Positions 1 through 9,012 of a stretch of 23,364 bases of DNA are shown piece after piece (position 1 is the first letter of the stretch; every line of letters begins with the position of its first letter). A model generated the notes under the pieces. It was not told the DNA's origin, searched no databases, and was given only the letters and a program-made list of their open reading frames with translations. A program made the position numbers and the translations under genes. The DNA lies in assembly GCA_030141605.1 (NCBI GenBank), contig JAQGDQ010000441.1, forward strand, positions 173,260-196,623, read 5' to 3'. Origin of the DNA: Tubiluchus corallicola (taxonomy: Eukaryota > Animalia > Priapulida).

Positions 1-81
1 AGTCAGTATCAGTGTTTGTTATTTGTTAAAATTTAGGTTAAGCCTTAACGTCATCATAGTGTTACTTGTTACATCGTCTAG

Positions 82-183
82 GTGGAGATATACTTGAATC
101 AATGGCAGTGGCAATAGAGAATGCGAGTATAGTCTTGATCTGCATGTCGCACAAGTACAAGGAAAGTCCCAGTTGTCGCACCG
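82..183 (+). CDS. TIR-SAM protein, internal exon (TIR domain)
   Basis: ctag|GT GGA GAT...CGC ACC G|gtatgt; translates GGDILESMAVAIENASIVLICMSHKYKESPSCRT, typical of the TIR_2 alphaB-betaC-alphaC region (MA.AIE.A..VL.C.S..Y..S..CR.E). Confidence 0.9.
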
Positions 184-317
184 GTATGTAAAATGCCATG
201 TAAGAATGTACAGTTTACGAAACTCACAGCTAATAGAATCAGTCGCCTAATGAGTTTGCACAGTTTTGTTGTGTGCTGTTGCTATAGGTCAAAGGTTAAG
301 TGTACCACAGCAATGCA

Positions 318-357
318 TTGTTGTTGTTGTTGTCGTTGTTGTTGTTATTGTTGTTGT

Positions 358-407
<50 letters not shown>

Positions 408-415
408 TTGTTGTT
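318..415. repeat. (TTG)n/(CTG)n microsatellite
   Basis: Directly visible; source of the poly-Cys ORF. Confidence 0.97.
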
Positions 416-505
416 AGTGTTTAATATTCATTTTTACTTTTACTACCAGGCTGCTAATTTCTTTTAATTGAACCACTTGTGTAACTTAACTGTACATGTG
501 TGTTC

Positions 506-545
506 AATAATAATAATAATAATAATAACAATAGCAATAACAATG

Positions 546-613
<68 letters not shown>

Positions 614-647
614 AATAATAATAATAATAACAATAGCAATAACAATG

Positions 648-682
<35 letters not shown>

Positions 683-736
683 AATAATAATAATAATAAC
701 AATAGCAATAACAATGACAACAACAATAATAATAAC
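506..736. repeat. Compound (AAT)n/(AAC)n microsatellite with a 3x repeated core AATAACAATAGCAATAACAATGAC
   Basis: Directly visible; source of the poly-N/T/I/L ORFs. Confidence 0.97.
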
Positions 737-779
737 CCGTATTTTGCCATTTGTTAAAAGTATTGTTTATCTCTGGCAG

Positions 780-1010
780 AAGCTGAATACGCTCGAAAAC
801 TCATGAAACCAGTAGTACCAATCAAAATGGAGCGCAACTACACCCCGGATGGTTGGCTTGGACTTATCACTGGTACACTTCTGTATTTTGACTTCAGTCA
901 GGAAGAAAGGATTATTCCCGAATTTCAGCGACTTCTGAAGGAACTGAAGAACAGAGGAATGTTTTCTTCGCATAAACACAACACAGTTCAGCGCATTGCT
1001 GCTGTTGATA
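780..1010 (+). CDS. TIR-SAM protein, internal exon (TIR C-terminal half)
   Basis: ggcag|AA GCT GAA...GAT A|gtaagt; EAEYARKLMKPVVPIKMERNYTPDGWLGLITGTLLYFDFSQEERIIPEFQRLLKELKNRG..., with the EAEYA..L.KP..P...Y.PDGWLG....L..DF motif of invertebrate TIR_2 proteins. Overlaps supplied ORF 803..1153. Confidence 0.92.
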
Positions 1011-1354
1011 GTAAGTTTTTTGCACCATCATCTGTCTGTCTGTGTTTTGCCTCGCAAGTTTCTCTCTACTTGCAAATTTCTGTTGTAAGAAAATACTGCA
1101 GCAAGAGTAAAATCTTTGGCTTAATTCGCAATACCCCACGCACAACACATTAGTTCCAGAAGCGGATTAGGATATTTAAATTGTGTGGGGAATTGTAAAC
1201 TCCGTCAAATACATCTAAATGGGTGCGCAAATCTCTGCTGTTGACTCCGTGCACCCATGGGGCCCTGTCAAAGTATTCTTGTTTGCAATATTAAAGAAAA
1301 GAACAAATCACTCATTGTCTTGGGTTTATTGTACTGTTATCAGTTAATGTAACC

Positions 1355-1583
1355 ACCTAGGAATACCAGGTCCTGTAGGCTTGCGGGATGCCCACACTGT
1401 ATCTCGACACTAGGCGGAGGAGCTGCACAAGCAGCCAACGGCTAGGGGGCGGTGGAGGTCAAGTGACCCAACGGCCATGTGTAGAGGAGTAAACCTTCCA
1501 AATCAGCAGTGGAGCCCCGAAGGTGGACCAGTGCAGCATGCTCACTGACTCCGGCAGCTCCTGCAGCCAACCTGGTGCCAAAC
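1355..1583 (+). mobile_element. Probable 5'-UTR fragment of an RTE-clade LINE with candidate HDV-like ribozyme
   Basis: GC-rich island in an AT-rich intron. It ends CTCCGGCAGCTCCTGCAGCCAACCTGGTGCCAAAC, which I recall as resembling RTE 5'-UTRs (not verified by search). The first ~90 nt show HDV-like pairing elements. Confidence 0.5.
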
Positions 1584-1588
1584 CAAAA

Positions 1589-1692
1589 GTCCCTTATATA
1601 CGAAGATTTTTATAAGGAAAAACGACATGAAAAATCGGGACCAGTGTTGGTGGTCCCTTATAAGCGAGTACTTATACCTGAGGTTGACTGTA
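1589..1692. mobile_element. Right-end fragment of a Tc1/pogo-like MITE
   Basis: GTCCCTTATAAGCGAG...GAGGTTGACTG|TA: CAGTC-type terminus followed by TA; no matching left end seen. Confidence 0.5.
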
Positions 1693-1718
1693 ATCAGTTT
1701 TTTTTTTATCTTCTGTAG

Positions 1719-1865
1719 CTGCTGTTGTCAAATCATCTTACGAATCTCACCCACCGCATTTTGATGCTAAACAAGCAAGTTCCACATGTTCAAGATGGAG
1801 TAAAGATGACGTTATTGACTGGTTAGATCAAATTGATCTGAAAGATGTGCTTCATAGACTTCACG
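1719..1865 (+). CDS. TIR-SAM protein, internal exon (linker + SAM-like N-terminal part)
   Basis: Polypyrimidine tract + tgtag|CT GCT...CAC G|gtaaat; TAVVKSSYESHPPHFDAKQASSTCSRWSKDDVIDWLDQIDLKDVLHRLH. WS.DDV..WL..I.L is the SAM N-terminal signature. Confidence 0.87.
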
Positions 1866-2436
1866 GTAAATTCATACAAGTCATTGTAAGGTTACTTTTT
1901 CTTTTCCCTCAGAGCTAGTCTATTATGGAGTTTACACAAAGGCCATGCAGGTTGTGTCCGTATGCAAGCCCCATTGTTTGCTATCCTGCAAAAATATGTA
2001 ACATCTAATTAACAACAATCGCGGCTTGTCGACTTCAGAACAGGCTAGTCCCATTGTGCCCAGGTGTTAAACAAGTTAGCTTCAGGCTGCGTTAGGCAAC
2101 CAGAATATTCATTGGGGTAGGTTCGCACTAATAATTTTGCTCCGCATTACTTAAAGCGCTGGAAAACTGCCAAAACGCGTTAAATCACCAAGTTGTTGGT
2201 TTCCGTGATTATGAGCTCAATGTATGTCCATCATAGATGTGACACCACGAATAAATATGAGCAGAAGCTGGCAGCAATGAACATTAATACTCTGTTGCCC
2301 ACGGTTTTCACATATTTATAACAGGCCATTTGTTACAAATTAGCAAATTCCTCAATGCCAATGCGATGGGACGAATGCCACCTTTGTTATTAGTTAATTT
2401 TTGGTGGCCGAATTCAACCTGCATTGTTTTCGTGTA

Positions 2437-2531
2437 ATGTCAGTATATGGAAAAGTAATCTGACGTATGTCATACATGGAAAAGTAATCTGACGTATATC
2501 AGTATATGGAAAAGTAATCTGACATATGTCA
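2437..2531. repeat. ~30-bp tandem repeat x3 (TCAGTATATGGAAAAGTAATCTGACGTA..)
   Basis: Three adjacent copies of ATGGAAAAGTAATCTGAC. Confidence 0.9.
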
Positions 2532-3094
2532 CAAAAGATCTTTTTTTAACTTTGAGCCACAGTCCACTAATGAGTGCTCACCGTCAACAGTTGCAATTAC
2601 TGCGTAATCGTCAAAAAACTGGAGCAAATGTAATTTCTTTATGGCAAGTTCGCAGTAGCAAATTCATAATAGACTGTAACATTTTTTAGTTCATTTCTAC
2701 CTTTGGTATACAGTTGTTCACTGATCAATCTTACCTTGGGCACTTTGTAATGCATAGTAGAAAACATACACACGTAACAGAATAAAATTCTTTTTGTCTA
2801 ACATTACAATTTCAAACTATTGTTAGTATCTTAGAATGTCTAAGAAAATGAGACATCACATATGGTCAACTCTGCTAAAGCGGTGGGTTGACTCTACCTA
2901 ATGCTGAACAATGTTGAATAAAGCAACCACATTTTTATCTTCATCTTGTAGCCTTGGAGTTTTGTCAAGACTAGTGTGAAAGCCTTGCAAACAACAGTAG
3001 ATATGGTTCATAATTTTGGTACACACCGACAACATTTACAATTTTATATCTCCGAAAAGCCAAGCCTGTTAACTCTTAACTATGTATCACTTGT

Positions 3095-3720
3095 CTATTT
3101 AATATGTACAAGACACACTACAACTTGTTTCTCACTTCCTTTGTAAATCCCATTACAGCAAATCCTAAACATTACTTTACAAGGTTCAATGAATATCATG
3201 TCCCTTACTGTCATACTAATAGTGCCAGGCACTTTATTAAATTCACTGCCCCCAGTAACTGGAATAAAATAAGTGCCCAAGTAAAAATACACAAAACTAT
3301 TTATAGTTTCAAAAAGTACTTGAAAAGGACCATTTTTGATTCATACTTATAATACAATTTTAATGGTTCCATGTCTCATGCAGTCGCAATATATGACCTC
3401 CAATCAATTATAATGCTATTTTAATATACTTCTATGTAAATTAAACATACACTGTGGTCATTTCTTCTCCTCTTTTCCTTCTTCCTATCCCTAATCTTAC
3501 TAATTTTTTTCCATTCCATCATGTCTACTAATCCTAACCATTCTTTCATTCGTTTGTGCCACCTTAACAAGCCAAGCTTTCAAAATGTCATACAGCAACT
3601 CTTATTTGATTAATTTGACTTCATCAACGTTTTTTTACCTATACTGTTTCTTTTTGTTTCAATAACATTGTAAGTTGATGTATTGTATATGTATTGCTGG
3701 TGTAAAATAAGTAGATTGAT
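3095..3720 (+). mobile_element. 5'-truncated LINE (CR1/L2 group, Crack/Daphne-like): ORF2 C-terminus + 3'-UTR
   Basis: ORF 3104..3352 HYFTR...HVPYCHTN...IKFTAPSNWNKI...SFKKYLK matches the H.Y.TR...P...T....I...gP..WN.l.....SFK..LK ORF2 tail; followed by a pyrimidine-rich UTR. Right boundary approximate. Confidence 0.72.
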
Positions 3721-3827
3721 TACTCACAAACATACCCTAAAATATTTAATCCTTTAATGCTATTATTTTCAACCAAAATTTCACATGAAACAGCATTCAA
3801 ATGATCGTGTATTACTGTTTGTTACAG

Positions 3828-3976
3828 GAGCGGATGGTGGAACATTAGTAGAACTGTACAATATGTCACAAGAAGCTCCAGAATTTTATTTCAACTGCTT
3901 AAAAACCGACCTAGCACTGGACAGTGTAGTTGCAATTCTCCACTTTAATAAGCAATTGAGAAAACTTTGCGAATGA
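3828..3976 (+). CDS. TIR-SAM protein, terminal coding exon (SAM-like C-terminal part)
   Basis: ttacag|GA GCG GAT GGT...GAA TGA; GADGGTLVELYNMSQEAPEFYFNCLKTDLALDSVVAILHFNKQLRKLCE*. DG..L..L and F...LRKL fit a SAM fold; phase matches the previous exon. Confidence 0.85.
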
Positions 3977-4052
3977 TTGTGACAAAACTTTGTCAGATTG
4001 TTAGTAAGCGATGCAATAATTGCTTTGTTGGAATCCCAAGTTTACAATGACT

Positions 4053-4183
4053 TTCAAGTTCAATTCAATTCAATTTTATTTTCTCAATAGCAGTTAAAAT
4101 TCGACATAATTATTTTTACATTTCATTGTAACTGAAAAGGAGCAGCGAAAGACCTATTGGTCACTTGGTCAGCTGCCCCTTAT
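4053..4183 (-). mobile_element. 3' end of a LINE/SINE (stem-loop + AATAAA + (TTGAA)n tail)
   Basis: Minus strand reads AAGGGGCAGC...GCTGCTCCTT stem, then AATAAAATTGAATTGAATTGAACTTGAA. Confidence 0.55.
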
Positions 4184-4494
4184 TAGAAATACAAGTTTAC
4201 TTACAGGCTCATGACATTTTTTTAAGTGTTTGCATGTGGTTTTAGAACAACGTACTGTTTATCTTACAGTAGCACTGCACTTCAACTTTTGCTTTCTCAA
4301 ACTAACTTAATTTTCAACATCAAAAATATTCCATGAGCGTGTTGCACGTGTTTGTGAAAGACAAAATTGAAGTACAGTGCTGCTGAAATATAATCAGTGT
4401 GTTGTACTAGAACTAGGATAGAACTAGGAAGTTTTAGGATAAAAATTGAAATTTCATATTTACCTCTGTGTTCACACATGAGCTGTCGAGCTCA

Positions 4495-5175
4495 CTATGA
4501 TAAATTTTGTCACATTTTTATTAGGAAAATTCTACAGTTTCACTACATTTCATTTTCATGCACATCAATAGTCATCTTCAAGAAATAAAGTGTGATTTAA
4601 AATTCGGAACAAAATAAAAACATGACACAAATACAAGCTTCATTAATTAATTATGACTTAATTGATTAAAGTAATATATTTTTATAAACCATTGCAGTTT
4701 ATTTTACCAATTATTACCCATTGCGGATAATGAGTTGGCGAAAGGAGTCACTGAAAAATTATTGACTAGTCGGTATTTGAACCCGAGTCTTGGAATTAGT
4801 ACTCCCCTAACATAAGTATTCCCCTACTGTCATAGGTACAAGTGGTGCTGTTGGATTGTGAACTACAAGGAGGAAATCATAGGCCTGCTCTGTTAAGGTG
4901 GTCTCAGGTTCAAATACCGACTAGTCCATAATTTTTCAGTGTCTCCTTTCTCCAACTCATTATCCACAATGGATAATAATTGGTAAGATAAACTGCAAGG
5001 ATTTATAAAAATATATTACTTTAATCAATTAAGTATTGATTAGTTAATTAAGCTTGTACTTGTATCATGTTTTTTTTGTTCGGAATTTTAAATCACTTTA
5101 TTTCTTGAAGATGACTATTGATGTGCGTGAAAATGTTGGATTTTCCTAATAAAAATGTTATAAAATTTATCATAG
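4495..5175. mobile_element. Foldback/MITE-like long inverted repeat (arms ~4495-4787 and ~4903-5175, 115-nt spacer)
   Basis: Arms are reverse complements along their length, e.g. GCACATCAATAGTCATCTTCAAGAAATAAAGTG / CACTTTATTTCTTGAAGATGACTATTGATGTGC and GACTAGTCGGTATTTGAACC / GGTTCAAATACCGACTAGTC. Confidence 0.88.
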
Positions 5176-5279
5176 CAAGTTGTTGATGATTCAGGATGTG
5201 ATTATTTTATATAAAACCAGTTTCACTATTGAAAGCATGTTGCCTGTTTTATTAGACCATAAATAACATCTAAACAGGC

Positions 5280-5701
5280 TCCATTATCTCTGCTGAACTT
5301 CTGTCTAATTCATTTCTTTTCTCTATCTCTGTCTGTCTATTATTTTATCTTAACTACTCCCTGTTTTTCTATAATTCTCTCTCTTGTAAATTAAGTCTTT
5401 TTTTCCACTTCTCATGCTGGTCTTACAAGCTTTGCTTCTTGACCACCATGCAGCATCTATTTCTTGTTGACAAACTATTATGTAGTTTAGTAACTATGTT
5501 GGTACACTTCTGTTAAATTTTTGTAATTATATTTCGAATTTTTTCCCTAACTGTACCAAGCTATAGTATACTAATGTAGTTCTGTTACAATTACTGTAAC
5601 TATATTTCATTTTCTAGTTATAGGGCATAATAGTTAAAGATAATAATGCAAATTGTAATGTAAAAATACATGCTGAAGTGATAATAAATTACAAATTACA
5701 A
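5280..5701 (+). mobile_element. Possible LINE 3'-UTR remnant
   Basis: Pyrimidine-rich tract, GGTC-TTACAAGCTTTGCTTCTT-GACC stem similar to the ACAAGCCAAGCTT motif in the 3095-3720 LINE, and AATAAATTACAAATTACAA tail. Confidence 0.4.
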
Positions 5702-6123
5702 GGTTTCGTAAAATTGATGCATTAATATGTTTTCAAATTATGTCATGCTGTTGTTATTTATTGACTTTTTACCAAGTCAAACTGGATTTTCTTTATACTT
5801 TTATCAAAAACAAAAAAAAAACTAGTGTGTAAGTGTCACGGATGAAATGCACTAAACAGTTTTACTCCATCTAGCGAATTGGCGAAGTGAGACAAATTGA
5901 CCATATACTTGAATACGGTCAAGCGGGAGTTCAATTTATACTAACTAGATATTAGAACTGCATGTGAAGTTCATGTTTTTAATTAAAAATTTCATTAATT
6001 AAGATGATGAAAAAGTTTATGAGAACTGAAACATTTCTTGTGGTTTTTATTTCATTTAATACGCACAGTGTTTGAAAATATCAAAGATTGTAAAATATGC
6101 AGATAATAACCCTGCTTCTTGAG

Positions 6124-6511
6124 CAGTGCTTCCTAACCTGCGGTACAAGTTCCCCCTGGGGGTACAAAACAGCTAAGCCAGGGGTTGTGTCGTCTAACAC
6201 GTCAGAATGTTCTTTTTTGCCGTACAGCGTACACGTACGGAGTACGAATTTTACAGGAGTAACGGCCTCGTGGTGAGAGGAAAGAGTTACAAGATTTAAA
6301 TCCTTAAACATCATGATTGTTTGTATTTTCAAAGGTCACTGGTCTCACAACACAACAAATATTATTTTTCGGTTAATTCATTGCACACTTCCTGGCGTTA
6401 GTAGTAAAAAATGTTTTCTTGAAACTCACGTTGCTAAAAAATGTTAAGGCATGCGTGGCAGATCACTGAATTTCGAAAGGGTACTTGGCTATAAAAACTT
6501 AGAAACCACTG
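6124..6511. mobile_element. hAT-Charlie-like MITE
   Basis: Termini CAGTGCTTCCTAACCT...AACTTAGAAACCACTG, subterminal GGGGTAC motifs; flanks TTCTTGAG / GCTAGAG resemble the NTCTAGAN target (degenerate). Confidence 0.62.
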
Positions 6512-6561
6512 GCTAGAGCCTGTAGACAGTGCAGATTTGGTCAACTGACCTGTTCCGTTCT

Positions 6562-6840
6562 ATCATCATCATCATCATCCAATGAATCATACGTTCAGGG
6601 ACACGATTCTGCTCACCTCCCTATGCCAAGACTCCCTGCTCGCATTTATTTCTAAGGATCAATGCTGAAGTGTTTAAATCTTTCTGCGCAAAATCTAAAT
6701 ATGTTAACATTTGTCCTCCTGCAGGTTTTTTAGCTGGTTCTATGGCTTGTTGAAGAGCTATCTTCACTGGAATATTATCAGTTAGTCTAAGCATATGCCC
6801 AATCCATCTTGAAAATTCCGTTCTAGAATTACTCATGAAT
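6562..6840 (-). mobile_element. RTE-clade LINE 3' fragment (ORF2 C-terminus + (GAT)n tail)
   Basis: ORF 6621..6872 RWIGHMLRL..NIPVKIAL....KKPAGGQ..TYLD...KDL matches the RTE RW.GH..R.....K..L....KRP.GRP..W.D...DL motif; (GAT)n tail at 6562-6579. Confidence 0.75.
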
Positions 6841-6848
6841 ATAGTTAG

Positions 6849-7217
6849 TAAGGGTGAGCATCGAACCTTCAAATTCGATTCGAACGAGTTTTTTTAATTC
6901 AAATTCGTATCGAACCCAAAATTATTGTATTGAATAATTCAGCACTTCAACTACTTGCGTTCTCTATCATTAGAACGTTTGAAACATCATGCAATCAGCA
7001 CAATTTAGCTGCAATTTCCGTACACGATTTCTAGACCAGTTATTAAACGTTTTTACAGCAGAACAAAATCAAGTAATACGCATGACCTTTGTGAGACTGC
7101 TTTTTATTAGGAGTCGAAAATCTTTAAAACTGAATTGAATTCCGATTCGAAACTTGGAAATTCGGTTTAATTTGAGTTTTAAGAATCACAACTTCGATTC
7201 AATTTCTGGTAGAGAAT
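6849..7217 (+). mobile_element. hAT-like MITE family H, copy 1 (right TIR lost)
   Basis: Starts TAAGGGTGAGCATCGAAC, is colinear with 19913-20228 and ends at GGTAGAGAAT. Confidence 0.78.
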
Positions 7218-7218
7218 A

Positions 7219-7669
7219 CAGTCTAGCCTCTTTATCTCGCCACTGTCCGTCTAGGGCAAATTTTTGGCGAGAGGCGAGATAACGGGAATATAACGAAGTT
7301 AGTCTATATGTATATACATAATAGTTGATTAACATAGTGTTCCTCTATGTACATATAAAATATATTTCGCATTATGATACCAATCAATAGATTAATTATG
7401 TCTGTCTATCGAGTACAGCAGCATTGTCTACATACCGCGGTTATATTGATCGACATGCGGTATATGTATTGATCGATTCACCTCTGAGTTTGTCTGTTTG
7501 GCGACATAACGAATATAGTTTACATAAGCACTCGTCCTAGCATGACGTGGCGAGGGCGAGAAGCGAGGGTGGCGACTTAACGAGGTAAATATCAAAGCTG
7601 GTAGGTACTTTCTATGGCGAGAGACGAGTTTGGCGGCATAACGAGGGGCGAGATAACGAGGCTAGACTG
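7219..7669. mobile_element. Tc1/mariner-pogo-like MITE, intact
   Basis: TA|CAGTCTAGCCTCTTTATCTCGCC...GGCGAGATAACGAGGCTAGACTG|TA: 23-bp TIR with 1 mismatch, TA target duplication, internal GGCGAGATAACG repeats. Confidence 0.9.
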
Positions 7670-8389
7670 TAGTTATCAACGAATTTGCCACCTTCACTAA
7701 CCAATCTGGGAAAAGAGACGTTTCCAACAACTAGTGTACGATCACGACCTCTGGTGGCTAGGCAGTATGTTCTGTATGCATTTCCCAAGTACGGTACTTA
7801 AACTGTGTAGTGTTCACAGTTCACAGCGAATTATTAAATAAGAAAAAAAGAATTTAAAACGCAACGAGCTACTACGGCTTTTTCGTAATTGTGTTCATTT
7901 ATTTCCAGTTATATTGTATAATATGTAATTAGAATACGTACTCACAATTTGTAAAATAAATCACTTCAAACCTGAGATTGTAGGAAAAAATACAAGGATT
8001 ATGAAACACAAATAACACGAGTAATTTCCGACAATCAACAAGCAAATAAATTTCAAGTAACAAAAAATCCAAAAACGTTTAATCTAAAAGAACCAAGTTA
8101 ATGAAGCACAAAACACAAACCAAACATAATTTGAGTTCAAATTTTGTTGAAAAAATTTCTAGTATCGTATCAGTACATGAATAAACATACAAAAAAGTTG
8201 AACGTTACGTTAAAAGTTACTGGCTGTATATAAGACTGCTCTACTATATGTAATTGAAAGATTATATAGAAATATAAGAGGCTACAACTTTCAAATAACT
8301 TGTAATGCAAAATTCATGCAAATTCAAACTTTGTCAGAATGAACTGTCATCTTGCAAGACGATTATTTGAAAGATTATGCCAGTACAAT

Positions 8390-8527
8390 CTATTCATGTT
8401 CCTCGCGGTCGAACAGATATTCCCCAAGTCCTGCACCGCAGCGCTTCAGTCTCGTGATCTTGTCTGCCAGGTCTTTAATGGCTTCAACTTGTTCATCCAG
8501 GTATTCATCCTCAAGAAATTTAGTCAT
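8390..8527 (-). CDS. FTH1: Ferritin A exon 4
   Basis: ttctag|[45 protein letters not shown] (TAG 8390-8392). Confidence 0.96.
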   Translation of the reverse strand: MTKFLEDEYLDEQVEAIKDLADKITRLKRCGAGLGEYLFDREEHE

Positions 8528-9012
8528 CTAGAATGAAGAACTTTAACATCAGTAATCATTAACTTCAAATATCATTAATGATGTTCTTGAATAACTCAGG
8601 TTAAGATGGATTTTCTTCTTCTTTTTGTTTTGTTTTTTATTGTGCTCTTTCTTTAGTTCTGTGTTGACAATACATTCTTTTTCATTTTAATTAAGCACAT
8701 ACAGTCAAACCTCTTCATGTCGTCCCATTTGGGACTGCAAAAAAGTTGGCATTAATGCATACATGTCCTTACAATGCAGACATTTTGCCGTGTCAAAAAT
8801 GTTAGCATTGCATTATAAAGGGCAGGGGAGGGGTCGTGAAAAAGAAGTTTATTCTATGTGCATCTTCGGGTGTAAAAGCAAGATTATTTCTTAGATTTGT
8901 TCATTGTGTGAGCTAAACTGAAAACATTTATGAAACGCTGATCTCGTAAAACGCTACTTTAGATAGCAGTACTGTTCCAAAAAGCAAATTTTTATGGGCC
9001 GTTCCAACTCAA

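Larger units (their letters stand above)
82..3976 (+). other. Gene span (5'-partial): TIR-domain + C-terminal SAM-like domain protein, 4 exons visible
   Basis: Four exons with AG/GT borders, all phase 1, join into one open frame ending in TGA at 3974-3976. Confidence 0.88.

Noticed and set aside
193-806. Poly-Cys/Leu/Asn/Thr ORFs (also poly-Ile/Leu ORFs at 16003-16267)
   Set aside because: Translations of trinucleotide microsatellites.
4770-4925. tRNA gene suggested by GGTTCAAATACC
   Set aside because: No cloverleaf or acceptor stem can be built; only a B-box-like motif within the foldback arms.
3977-8389. Functional link between the TIR-SAM gene and the convergent ferritin pair
   Set aside because: Adjacency alone in a eukaryotic genome is not evidence; the 4.4-kb gap is transposon-filled. 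It would need conserved synteny or co-expression.
8700-8730. TA|CAGTCAAACCTC Tc1/pogo-like left end
   Set aside because: No matching right TIR found nearby; too short to delimit an element.
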